Of a DNA stretch of 64,000 nt, positions 24,059-37,216 are shown piece by piece; within the stretch, counting starts at the first letter, position 1, and each line of letters begins with the position of its first letter. The position numbers and the translations under genes are program-made. Source of the DNA: Octopus vulgaris (lineage: Eukaryota); assembly GCA_951406725.2 (NCBI GenBank), contig OX597838.1, positions 34,534,001 to 34,598,000 on the forward strand, written 5' to 3'. Under the pieces are notes generated by a model. The model made no database searches and was not told where the DNA came from. It was given only the letters and a program-made list of their open reading frames with translations.

Positions 24059-27000
24059 TTCATACATACATACATACATACATAATGGCCGTCCACTCGT
24101 GACCGAGGAAGACCATTGCCGACCTTCAGGAACATTGTGCGCTCTAGGACTAACTTACATTTTGCATTTGTGGCTCCGTTGGTGGCTAATGAGCCCTGCT
24201 CTTGACAAGCATACACGACTGCAAACATTGCAGACCAAGCTTTCCCCATTCACTATACGAGCCGTGCGCTTTCGCGCAGCTCGCTTAAGTTCTTCATGCT
24301 GGATATGTGCTCTCTCAAAAGTGTCGATCCCCTCCTTAACCTGCTTCCTCCATCTGTGGCAATGACAGGCATTGTTCTCCCAGTCAGTGTTCTGCATATC
24401 ACAGGCCTTTAATGAGGACTTGACACAGTCCTTAAATCGCAGCCTTGGTTTCTGCTGGAGTCTCCTTCCATTCACAAGTTCTCCATAGAGCATCTGCTTA
24501 GGAATCCTGCTATCCTTCATTCTAATAAGGTGTCCAGTCCAACATAACCGGTACCTGTGCATCATCGCCTCAATACTCAAGATATCAGCTGTCCTCAGGA
24601 CCCGTGTGTCTGGAATTTTTGAGGTCCAGCCAACATTGAGAATGTGTCTGAAACATCTCTGATGAAAGCGTTCAAGGGCCCTTACCTGATGTTTGTACAG
24701 AGTCCATGTCTCACATGAGTAGAGGAGCGATGTCAGTACATATGCGCGGTACACAGCAACCTTTGTTTGCCTTGCGATGCCATGTTGGTACCAGACATGA
24801 GACTGAAGAGACCGGAAGGAATTAGTTGCTCTCTGCAACCTGAAAGATATTTCCTCATTCAGGGAGCAAGAACGGCTGAGTGGGCTGCCCAGGTAGACAA
24901 ACTTGTCTACTACCTTCAGAATTGTTCCTTTAACCAAGATAGCTGGTTCCATATATGGATTTCCTGGTGCGGGCTGGAACATTACAACAGTCTTGTCCAG
25001 GCTAATGCTGAGTCCAAATGCCCTGCAAGAAGCAGAAATGTAATTCATGAGTATTTGCATGTCATCCACTGTATGAGTGACTAAGTCACAGTCATCTGCA
25101 TAAAGGAGATCACGAATAATAGACTAGGAAACCTTTGAATTGGCAGCAAATTGGCGAAGATTAAGGAGGCGGCCAGAAGATCAGTATCTGACATATATTC
25201 CCAGAGAGCTAACCTTAGCAAAAGCATGAGTAGAAGCAGCAGCAAAGTACAAAGAAAAGAGAGTTGGGGCAAGGATGTTACCCTGCTTGACACCATTCTC
25301 TACAGGAATGGGTCCCACCATGGCTCCACCAACATTGACCCAAGCCTCCATCCCATCATGAAATGATTTAATTATAGATACAAAGTGATCCGGACATCAA
25401 AGTTTGCCAAGTATTTTCCATAGAAAGGCCCTATTTACAGTATCAAAGGCCTTTGTTAAATCAATGAATACCTGGACAAGATCCATATTCTGCTCATAGC
25501 ACTTCTCCTGCATCTGTCTTGCTGTGAAAATCATATCCATTGTCCCTCTACCAGATCGGAAGCCACATTGAGATTCAGATAGGACATCATTTACGAGACA
25601 CCCATTCAGACGGGTAAGAAGAATATTTGCCAGAACCTTGCCAGCAGCTGATAGTAGAGCAATACCTCTGATGTTACCACACATTGTTCTGGCTCCTTTT
25701 CCGTTATATAGAGGAAGAATAATTGCATCCTTCCAGTTCTTAGGGATTGCACCATCCCTCCAGACTGCACTAATAAGTTCATGAAGGGACTGTGTGATGC
25801 AATTACCACCAAATCGCAAGACCTCAGCACAAATTCCATCCTTTCCAGGTGCTCTACCAAGATTCAATTTACTTATTGATGTCATTACTTCATCTGTTGA
25901 GGGCAAAGAGTCTAAGGAGCCAATGATAGGTCTTTGTTTCATAGTATCAATCACTGTTTCATCCACAACTGACTCATGATTTAGGAGTTCAGAGAAGTGT
26001 TCGATCCAGTGACCTGTGATTTCTGTTGATTTAGTAAACAGAGTGGAAGACTCCTTGGAAAGCAAAGGAGCTGATGTGGAGCTCTTAGGTCCATAAGCTC
26101 GCTTCATAAGATGGTAAAGCTTCTTGCTGTCATTTGCATCAGCAGCAGCCTGAACATCACGAGCAAGATCCTCCCACCAAGTGTTCTGCATCTTCCTGAG
26201 AGATCACTGCAGTAGTGATGTTACACTGTTATAGTGGGCAAGTACTAGACTTCGCTGCACAGTAGATAGTTCTCTGTGCAGTCTCTGTGTCTGGCAGTAA
26301 CATACCCCAGTGTTTCGGCTGCACATTGAACAACCTAGTCTCGAAAATCTTCCCATGCTGCAGCAGTTTCAATGCTGGACAAGTGAGTCTGAAGCTCTTT
26401 CCTAACCACAACATCATATACCTTGTGGACATTTAGACGGCAAGGAATGCTGACTGGTCCTCTTCTCTCTTCACCCTAATCACCATTCGGAACTTTGCTC
26501 GCACCAGACTGTGATCTGTCCAGCATTCTGATCCATGCAAGGACAAGACATTACAAATGTCATAAATGTCACGCTTGCAGATGATGACATAATCCAGCAA
26601 GTGCCAAACTTTGGACCTTGGATGCATCCATGTTGTTGTGTGATCACCTTTGTGCACAAAATGAGTGCTTGCAATGTAAAGTCCATGTTTTTCGCAAAGC
26701 TCCAGTAGCATGAGACCATTGCTATTCATTTTCCCTACTCCAAAATGTCCTAGAGAGTTCCATGTTTGCCAGTCTGTTCCAACCCTGGCATTAAAATCCC
26801 CCAGTAGAATGACTTTATCAGAATTGGGGATTTTTCTAAGTATGGCTCTCAGCTGGGTATAAAAGATTGTTTTATCTTCATCACAGCTAGTGAAAGTAGG
26901 TGCATAGGCACTTATTAGAGTAGCAAACTGCTTACCTTTCAAGTGCAACCGTAGCGTCATTATACATTCATTTATAGGAACAGGGAGCTCTTCCAACTTC

Positions 27001-27801
27001 TTAAGGATATCAGATCGGACTGCAAAACCAACACCAGCCTCTCTGTGCTCCTCCTCCTGCCTTCCTTTCCAAAACAAGGTGTATCCACCTCCTACTTCCT
27101 CAAGCTGACCATCACTTTCTATACGAGTCTCTGAGAGTGCAGCTATATCAATTTTATAATGGTTCAGCTCACAAGCAACAAGTGCAATGCGTCTTTCAGG
27201 TCTGCAATCACTCTTGTTGTCCAACAGAGTGCGCACATTCGAGCTCAGGGTGGAAATTCGTCAGTCGCGCTAAACTGACCAGATATGGAAAGACAGGCAA
27301 TTTTTGGTTCACCTTTTCTAGAACCTCCCCAGTCTCCGGGTGAGCAGTGCGCTCTCCAAATGGAGCTGCTCAGACACCCATGGTGCCAATATGAGTTGCA
27401 GGCTCAGGGATGTGGGAGCGCCGTGATCTCTAGCACAAACCAAAGATCCCCAAAATGTCCAATGCCATTCCCTGCATATCTGGTTTTGTATCAGAGTGAC
27501 CTTCTCCTAGAGACATGCTTTAACAAACACTGAGGGGCGCCTCACTCCCAGAGGTCTTTCGGCATGCCGGACACCACCCCGGAATTTCTGCGTACCCGTG
27601 CTAACATTTATTGGATGGCCGTTGACTCTCAAGAGGTCCTCTGCCCTTTGACGGGTTTTATTTTCATCCTGCAGGGTGTCCAATAAACACCCTCCTCACC
27701 AAGCAAGCTTGGTGGGGTTGCCGGTTTAGTTGCTGACGACCCGACCATGCAACAGGTTCTACTGGGTTACATGTTACCAGTAGCACTCGAAAGTGACCTG
27801 A
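24059..27801 (-). mobile_element. Near full-length RTE-clade LINE (APE endonuclease + RT + C-terminal C2H2 finger), frameshifted
   Basis: ORF pieces 26433-27236 (ALSETR, LGDFNARVG, WTDH), 25397-26191 (ESQCGFR..RGT.DMIF, FIDLTKAFDTVNR), LYADD near 25091-25105 and 24155-25069 ending CNVC..HQRSH; (TATG)n tail; 18-bp TSD CACAAACACATACATACA at 24041-24058 and 27802-27819. Confidence 0.96.
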
Positions 27802-28083
27802 CACAAACACATACATACACACATACATACACACATACATACATACACACACACATACAGTTCTTTAATAAGAATAGTATTGACAATTACTTCGAAATTT
27901 CAGCTTACTAAGCCATCCCCGTACAGCCCAATGCCGGTTGAGTAGGTGGAACTTCGAAGTCACTGTCAGTACTATTTTTGTTAAAGAATAATAGATTTGT
28001 GCTCTACAAAAATTAAGTAATCTTTCGGTGTAATGTAATTGTTTTTATTATAACTTAGCATAAAAAATAAACCCTAATGTGTG

Positions 28084-28118
<35 letters not shown>

Positions 28119-28399
28119 TCGTTCACTTGACCGGCGGAAATCTTTTCAAAGTTGAAAAAACTTATTAATTACTCATCACCGGGTATGTGGCACCGGCTTG
28201 TTGATTTCATCATTCGCATCTTGTAAATTTCTACAAAATCAAAAAATAAAATTCTTTTAATTCATATCAGAAAGTTCTATTCCTTTCAATTCTCTTTCCA
28301 TTCCCACCCACTTCCTTGAAAAAACAGCCAGAAACTTTACTGTGTCTGCAACTTGCCCGGTTCAAATTTCATACGCGTAATTCTTGCGGACGACTACCG

Positions 28400-28565
28400 G
28401 CAGCCACGTTGACAAAATTCCCATTGGTCCTTTCTGGTCACGTGCTGGCGAACGGTGCGTTTCGATTGGTGCGTTTCTCCCCGTTCACAATATCAAGAGC
28501 CGAAGCCATTGAGAAAGGCCGAACGTTTCCTTTATAAGTGGGTGAGTATAAAAGCAACGTGGCAT
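28400..28565 (+). promoter_or_regulatory. Probable promoter of the calumenin-like gene
   Basis: TATAAAAG 28547-28554, inverted CCAAT boxes 28423 and 28465, GTCACGTG 28437, GCCACGT 28403 and inverted at 28557; CpG-rich. Confidence 0.65.
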
Positions 28566-28579
28566 TCTTGTCCCGATTG

Positions 28580-28744
28580 CTTCACTGTTTAATTGTTTAT
28601 TTTATTTCTCTCCCCTTCTCTCTATCCGAGAAGTGCCGAGTGTCGTTTTCGCTTTAAATCGCTTGACATTTGCAAAAAAAAAATTGGACCAAAACATTTT
28701 GCTTCCATTCGCTTCCAAAAGGATCTGTGATTATTCGTGAAACA
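28580..28744 (+). other. CALU: Probable non-coding exon 1 (5' UTR) of the calumenin-like gene
   Basis: ATG-free segment downstream of TATA ending at donor GTGAGT (28745); splicing to 37103 gives ACA|ATG. Start position approximate. Confidence 0.55.
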
Positions 28745-28997
28745 GTGAGTACGCCTATAAAGTTATATACACAGACACATACATACATGCATATATTACA
28801 TTTATATACCTATTTCTTTACTCACACACACCGATGCATCTTTGTATTCGTTAGATGCTTTAATCCGTCAGTTTGTGTGCAGAACCCTCAGAGATAGCCG
28901 AAGAGTCAAATGAAGATCCGCTTCTCGAAGAACCAAATTGCCAAAATCTTCCTCAAACCATATACACTGCTTGAAAGAGAGGGCATATACGATAATG

Positions 28998-28999
<2 letters not shown>

Positions 29000-29043
<44 letters not shown>

Positions 29044-29092
29044 GTATGTATGTATGTGTGTGTGTATGTATGTGTGTTTGTGTGTGTATGTA

Positions 29093-29127
<35 letters not shown>

Positions 29128-29210
29128 ACGTGTGTGTGTATGTGTATATATGTATGTGTATGTATGTATGTGTACGTATGTATGTATATATGTACATGTA
29201 TGTATATATG

Positions 29211-29262
<52 letters not shown>
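29000..29262. repeat. (AT)/(TATG)/(TG) microsatellite
   Basis: Directly visible. Confidence 0.95.
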
Positions 29263-29263
<1 letters not shown>

Positions 29264-29815
29264 TTAAGGTAGAGGAAATGGCTAAGGTTCTTTGGCTGCT
29301 ATTTCTAAACTTCGGTATTATGTGGTTAAAGCAAATCTTTGCTGAACCCTATTTATAAAGTATTTAGTTTACCGGGAAATGGTCCTTTTTTTCATGCCGA
29401 ATTCTACTTGGTGAAATTATTGATTTACTTATAAATCACCGTGACCGACCTGGCTATCAGATGTTGCTACACATCGCTAGTCACAATGCGCTTCGCATTG
29501 TTTTAGCCTTCAAATGACGCCACCCCGCTGACCAAGCGAGCAGGCCAATATATATATATATAATATACATATAACATATATATATATAATATATATATAT
29601 GTGTGTGTATATGATAAAAATAATCATAAAAGGCGAGATGATCGCAACTATGTCTTGCTCGATGACGGCTTAACTGTGCCTAAACAATTACTCCCCCAAG
29701 AATTTCTTTTTTCGGAACATTGGATCTCGAACCACATCACATAAAGCTATGTATATAAATAGTTGAATTGAAAATCACTTTTAGATAGAAAAAAAAATCG
29801 AAGGCTGCTGTTTTG

Positions 29816-29846
<31 letters not shown>

Positions 29847-32818
29847 CCAATATATATATATATATATAATTTTCGTAGAGTGGGTGTAGAATATAATTTG
29901 AATATTTATTCATCATTTATATACATTAGAGTGTATAAACTAAAGAAAAATATAAATAAATACCTGAGGAGTTTATTTCTTAAGCTAATGACTTATTTTG
30001 TCCTTACTCGGTGTTTTTCAAAATTAACCTGTATCCAACCATTCTATTAAGATATTTCTTACATTTTGCTTTGAAAACTTTTTGTGTGTGTGTGTGTGTG
30101 TGTGTTACTTTCTCTAAGCTTCGTTTTCTGTTTAACCTACCATTTGGCATTCAGAAAAGTTTTTAGATAAATTTGGCAATCTGCTCTTAGTCGCACCTTC
30201 ATCGTTTCGCTGATGCTTGTCTTGGAGTCTGATGCAAGAAGGAGTTTCATCAATATCATCTTAACTCTCTCATCTCTAAAAATCAGAAACTTTTCTTATT
30301 CTCCTTTTAAAAATTCCATAATATTCCATTGTAAACTATTGTTCATTTTCCATCCATTTTCTATTATATTCTAATAATATAAAAATTTTTAATACTTTTT
30401 AGCTGATGAATAAACTTTGTAAAATATTTTGGCGAAATAGCCGCTATTCTTACTATATTAAAAAACTTTTTCTTTGTACACTTTTTGGTCTTACAAAATT
30501 CTCTCTCTCTTTCTCTCTGCGCTCTTGAACTATATTTAGTGTAGTTTGAGCGAAAGTATCCATTTTCTTGAAAATTTTGCGGACATTCCAGAGGTGGAGG
30601 CGCACTTGTGTTAATTAGGCCTCTTTTTCAAAGATGTACCAACCATGACCCCCCCCCTGTCTTTTGGGAGAGGTGGGAGGTTGGGTCCTGCCCACCCAGG
30701 ACTACATCCCCTAATATGTCTTTTCTAAAATGCTAGGTGTATGATGTGAGAGATTTGGCTGTCATTTCTAGTAAGTCGAGCCATTAGATGTAAGTATATC
30801 TTAAAAAGAAGAAGAAAAAATCTTACTAATTTGTTAACTCTGATTTCTTCAGACTTGTGAAATATATTCAAAAAGCAGAATCTAGAGATAGTGGAAAATT
30901 ATAGTCTTCTTTGGTGATATTTCTGTATGGCAGCTTATCCCGAAAAATTGCTTACTGACATTTGAAATCTCAATATCAATTATTGTCTGTTATAAACATA
31001 CACACATGGTGTTAGACGAATGTGTTGCTATAATCATAACATGCTTTGCTTAATCCACTCTGGCTCGTCTTCAGATCGAATCAAGGATAGAACTGCTATG
31101 TCGGCTTTCTGCTTACTAGAAATAGCAATTATATCTCCCTCAAGTCGCATCCTGTCGACTTCACGAAATATATTGAGAATACTCTTTATTGTATGAATAG
31201 TCGGTCATTATCTATGATATCCAAATGCGTTCTCAGTAAAGTATAATTTGATATGACAGTCTATATTTATTTAGTGATGTTTATAGACTCAAAGAAAAAA
31301 AAATGCGATGCGGTGTAACAGTGAAGAATCGACAAATAGAATCCCTGATGTACAAAAGATAGGATGATCACGGTTGTGACATCTTTGATCCTTGGATCGC
31401 TCGATAGTGGTTGAGCTGAGGATAACAACCCTTCTGAAGTTGGCGCCCGATTTGAGAAGCAATATCCGTAGAAGTGGAGTCGCTGCCCTAACTGGGGCCA
31501 AGTTGAAGAAAGAGTAGCAAAATTCTCTTTGCATTTACGTGGCACTGTCTAAAAAGGGAGGGGCGGGAATGGTAGATTGGATAATGGAGTTCTAGATATA
31601 TATAAAAAGGCGGAATGGTTTGATCGAGGAAACTCAACTTGATCACTCGATCTGCTGCCACCAGATCTTTAAAAAGGAATTACATTTTGGATAATGTAGT
31701 TCTAGATAAAGCACTCTAATAAATATATCTGGGCGGTGACCATGGGCTGGAACGAGATAAAATTATTAAGAACTAAATAACAAATCTCGTTATACTTAAA
31801 TTTATAGAACTCTAACGGTCTTCATTTATTTACAAGATAAACGTTTTTTTTTTATGTTGTTAAAATCTAATTTTTGCTGTTCATTTAAATTTTAATACCA
31901 ATTCCTAAATAAGTTATTAACAACAGTAACACTAATAACTAATTAGTTAGAACGCAAATGTTTTCTGCAAATTCAATTTCTTGTTTCTTTTTGAGATGTG
32001 TTTTTATACCTTTACGTAAATTGAATTCCTATCTTTTTATTACGATTGTCATTTAAACCTGCTTTTCATTCTCCGTTTCTGGCCTATCAATTTTTCATTT
32101 TACACTTTCATACAAACATGCTGCCGTCTGAAATGTCATCTATATATGTATAAGGTACCAATCTAAATGTAAAATTCATCGAGACACTACTTCGTTGATT
32201 CCACAGAATTTTGACGATTTTTTTCGCACGTTGCTTCCATAGAATTTTGACATTGCTTGTTTTTGCACGATTGAAAGGGTGAGAGCGCCTGGACAGACTG
32301 CATTTAGACCAATGCACACACCCATTGCGGATGGGCTTGGCTGGAGCATTTTTTTTTTACCATAGGCCTGCCCAATCTTGGCTGACCTGGGGTTAAAGCA
32401 ACATCGACATTGAGTGAACGTAGTAGCTGTCAGAATTGAAGCCAATTAAGTGAAGGAAAAAATATTTTTTTGCTTCAATTATGCAATTAACTAAGAGAAA
32501 TATTAATGATTAATTTTTTTCTGTACAGTTTCTTCTTAATGGCTTTCTGAGAGAATCTTTCAACCACTTTGACGTCATACTCAGTGCCAGCCACACGAAG
32601 ACCTGAAGTGTACTTGTGTGTGTGTGTGTGTATCATCTGTCAACATTTCTTCGTGTTGAATTCTAAACTCGTGGGAATTGGGTCAAAGCTTGGTGACTGT
32701 GTTCTTTGACAACTGTGTTTCGTCTAGATCATCATTTCTTCTTTTTCGAACTATGCTCCATCTCTAACTAGCTGCTGATAGCAGAGGAGTCCTCTAAACC
32801 AGACACGGGCAACTTTTT

Positions 32819-32854
<36 letters not shown>

Positions 32855-33240
32855 CCTTCGAGAAGCGGGCTGCATGCGACATTGATCATCATCAGTCGGG
32901 GTCACCTTATTAAAAAAAAGAATTTTGAGTAATTTTTCGTTAGACGTGCCATTCAGAAAGTCCCGTGGGTCGAAGGTTATCCATGGCTGCTCTTAGCAAT
33001 CTTGCTTCACCTACTAGAAACAGCAGCTATATATCTTTCAAATTTTATCCATCTTGAAAAAAAAAACACATTGGATAATGTTATCGTTGGTATACAAAAA
33101 GAAAAAGAAAAGAAAAAGCTGACCAATGGCTAAGCAATAATATTGTGCAACTTTGTGAAACCTTAAAGTAAAAAGAATAAGAATTGGTATGGTTTCAAAA
33201 TTAGCTGAAGCTGCTTTATATATAACCATTTTCTCACACC

Positions 33241-33288
33241 GTCTCTGATGAAAGGATATATAAAATATCTTGGAAACAGCTCTAAGAC
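33241..33288 (+). ncRNA. Degenerate type I hammerhead motif, Penelope-like terminal repeat
   Basis: GTCT-CTGATGA-(AGGATAT/ATATCTT stem II)-GAAA-CAGCTC-TA-AGAC; mismatches at the base of stem II and in stem III. Confidence 0.55.
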
Positions 33289-33531
33289 CTTCTATTTATA
33301 AATGTTCTGAAATCTCTCGCAACCTTGGATTTTTATCTCATTCTGTTAATTTTTTTATATATATACACATGCTGATATATGACCTACATTGGACTCCTCA
33401 TTCGCATAATCACCGAACATGGAGCTTAACTATAGTCTGTCTATAGCACTTACTCAGCATTACCTGACACCTTTGGGTCTTATTGATTCCCATTACCTCT
33501 CATAACTATATATATATATATATATATATAT

Positions 33532-33775
33532 CACCTTGACTGACCAGTCCATTAGGCGTCCATGTGACACCGCTGGTCACAGCACACTGTCCACTCCTCT
33601 CTGGATCGCGCCTTTCTCATCCACGTGATCCCAATCATCCTCCTGAAATCGTAACTCCACCGTTGGAGGCCTTCCGAGTGGTCGTTTCCGCTTGCGCGGG
33701 TACCACTCGACAACTGCGCATGTCTACCGATTATCTGTGAGCCGGGCGATGTGTCCAGCCCATCACACAGCAAGT
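33532..33775 (-). mobile_element. RTE LINE 3' fragment between (TA)n tracts
   Basis: RWSYDFRRMIGITWMRKARSREEW C-terminal motif, preceded in another frame by W.PRKRKRPLGRPPT. Confidence 0.8.
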
Positions 33776-36609
33776 TTAGATATATATATATATATGCCAT
33801 AATCATTGTTTGTCTTTTTCATGCTCGCATGGGTTGGACGATTTGACATGGAGTTGGCCAGCCTGGGAGCTGGGCATGGTTTCTACAGCAGGATACCCTT
33901 CCTAACGCCAGCACACTTTACAAAGTGTGCTGGTTGCTTTTTACATGCCACTGGCATGGGTACGTTTACGCACCACCAGCATGGATGCATTTATGCAACA
34001 CTGGCATAGGTGCATTGTATATGACACTAGCACTCGCAAAGGTCAAGCCTGCAATGTATGGAAGATAGTGATTTTACTTGGTTTGACATGTTTTTTCAAG
34101 AACAGCAAATTGTCACAACTCCTGACCCCTTGTCATTTCCTCAGAAAGGCCCAGTGCAGTAGAGAGGACCTGTGGAAGAGGTAGACCCAGAGAAACCTAG
34201 GATGAGGTAGTGAAGCACGATCTTTGAACATTGGGTCTCATGGAGGTGATGACAAGTGACCAAGACCTTCGGAGTTAGGCTATCCTTGAGAAGACCCGGC
34301 AAGCCAAGTGAGACTGTAACCATGGCCTGTGCCAGTGCAGCATAACCAGACCATTTAAGAGTACCTCTTCAATCATTGAGCAATAAACTGCGCTTGCGAA
34401 GACCTGTTGAGTCAAGTGAAGTCATTGTCATGACCGATGACAGTATCACCTGATTGGCATCCATACCAGTGGCACGTGAAAAGCACCATTCAAGTGTGGT
34501 CGATGCCAGTGCCAGCTGACTGGTCCTGTGCCGGTAGCACATAAAAAGCATCATTCAAGCGTGGTCATTGCCAATGCCACCTGACTGGCTCCCCTGCTGG
34601 TGTCATGTAAAAAGCACCATTACAGCGTGATCAATGCCAGTACTGCCTGACTGGTCCTCATGCTGGTGGCACATAAAAAGCACCCACTACACTCTTGGAG
34701 TGGTTGGCGTTAGGAAGGGCATCCAGTTTTAAAAACTTTGCCAGATCAGATTGGAGCCTGGCGCAGCCTTCTGGCTTGCCATCCCTTAGTCAAACTATCC
34801 AACCCATGCCAGCATGGAAAGTGGATGGCAAATGAGGATATATATATATATATATTAATTGCTGGTGGGGACATTGTATTTCATTATGCATCTGTAATAT
34901 ACTACCAAGTATGTTTTTATTATGGCTGGCTTCCAACCTGGGCTGCAGCAACAAAGTTCATCCACCACACTTCTCAGTCCATCATCACTGCCTCAAGGTC
35001 CTGGATGCATTAATTCCAGGTCAGTGTCTACAACTGAGTTATCAATGTGTGACAGTGTTTTCCTCTGCTTACACCATCACGAAGTGGGTTCCACCACACA
35101 CACTTGGAATATACTGTGCTTGAGAAGGAAGATCTATCAAGCTGAGTGAAATCGTAGCCATGGCAGATACTGGTGCCACACAATTGACACGTAAAAGCAC
35201 ACATTGCACTCTCGGAGTGGTTGGCATTAGGAAGAGCATCCAGCTGTAGAAACACTGCCAGATCAGACTGGAGCCTGGTGCAGCCCCTCAGCTTACCAGC
35301 CCTGGTCAAACCATCAAACCCATGCCAGCATGGACAACGGATGTTGAATGATGATGATATATACATGTACATACATACCTATATAAGTGTGTGTGAAGGT
35401 GCACAGATGTTGCATTTATGATCACAAAACCATGAATTTCAATTCCTAGACTAATGATGCATGCTATCTATTACAAGACAAGTGAACATGAGAAGTTCCC
35501 GTGAATGGTGATAGTAGTGGAAATTTCTTGTTGGGTGAGGATTTGATCATCATATATATCATAGACTCACCCTTATGAGCATTCGGCAAGAAACTGCTGA
35601 ACAACTACACAGATGATTTGTTTATAGTGATCAAATGTTTGTGTCCACATAAGCTCACTCGCTCCGTCAAATTGACATTACCTGTACAAATGAACTGAGT
35701 GCCACAACTCAGATGACGGAATGATCACCAAGCAATGTAAAATGATGTGCTTTGCTCAAGAACACAACGCCATGCCTGGTCTGGGAGTCAAACCCCTGCT
35801 CTCACAATCATGAATGCAACACCCTAACCACTAAGCTATTAAGGACTGGAACTTACAATTTCCTGTAAGTCAGACCACCTCATGGTCCCAGCAGACAAAA
35901 TGGAAAAGGTGTTGCCCCAGAGGATGGTGTGGGAGATGCACTGGACTAACCACTCTGGCTTCCAGGGTTTGTACTTGTGGACATCTCCACCCCAAGATCA
36001 GTGGGTAATTGGTACTTATTTCATCAACCCTGAAAGGATGAAAGGCAAAGTTGACCTCAGTGGATTTTTGAACTCAGAATGTAAGGATGGATGGAATGCT
36101 GTGAAGCAGTTTGCCCAACATTCTAACTATTCTGCCAGCTCACTGCCTTAATAACAATAATAATAATAATAATAACAATCCTTTCTACTATAGGCACAAG
36201 GCTTGAAAGTTGGGGGAGAAGGATAGTCAATTACATCGACCCCAGTGTTTCACTGGTACTTAATTTACGGACCCTGAAAGGATGAAAGGCAAAGTCAACC
36301 TCAGCAGAATTTGAACTCAGAACGTAGCAATAGACAAAATACTACTAAGCATTCCGCCCAGCATGCTAACAATTCTGCCAACTTGCCACCTTATAATAAT
36401 AATAATAATAATAATTATAAAACCGGTATCGAGCAAGAAATTTTTGAAAGAGGGAAAAATTGTTCATTTTGACACTGGTTCTATTTTGTTGAAGTGTCAT
36501 AGGTTTAAAACCATGAAAATCTAAAAGGGTACAGTTATTTATATGAATAACAATACTGATTGGTAACTGTGGAAAGACAAAAGGGACAGTCAGCCTCTAA
36601 TTTAAAAAA

Positions 36610-37060
36610 ATAATAATAATAATAATAATAATGAAATTATTGTATACAGTGCTCAGGTGCACCACAACTTGTCAGAAAGTGCATATAAATTATATGCAGT
36701 AATGTACAAATGTCTGGAAAGCGAACAATGTATGAGTCAGATACATGCTTGCGTGTGTATGGAGGGGAGGAGAAAATCAGGTGTAGTGTTGGCGAATCTC
36801 AGAAAGCATGGAAGTTTTGAAGGATGCAGTGCTCCGACAACTAACAACTGATGACGGCAGTTTGTTCCATGCTTCAGCAACTCTCAGCGTGAAAAAAATG
36901 TTTCCTAAAGTTATGGGAGCTGTGCTGTTTTCTGACTTTGTAAATATGTCCATGTGTGTCAGACGGGTGGAGTTCGAAAAGGTGCTTAGAGTTATTGTTT
37001 GTAAGATGGTTGATAATCTTATGGGTGTCTGCCAAGTCAGCTGCCAGACGTTGGAGTGTT
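36610..37060 (-). mobile_element. CR1-like LINE 3' fragment with (TTA)n tail
   Basis: Minus translation HGHIYKVRKQHSSHNFRKH/FFTLRVAEAWNKLPSSVV...SFK with one frameshift. Confidence 0.8.
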
Positions 37061-37102
37061 CACATATCTGATATGTTCTTTTTGTCTTTTCTCTATTTTC
37101 AG

Positions 37103-37216
37103 ATGTTGTCTAGTCAGGAAATAATGAAGTACTATTCATTTTTTTTGACAATTTTTCTCTTTGCTACTACATTATGTTCCACTATTCCTAAACCAAAAGA
37201 CAGATCCATTGACAAG
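37103..37216 (+). CDS. CALU: Calumenin-like coding exon 1 (signal peptide)
   Basis: ttttcAG|ATG; MLSSQEIMKYYSFFLTIFLFATTLCSTIPKPKDRSIDK|GTAAGT; 114 nt, phase 0. Confidence 0.85.
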
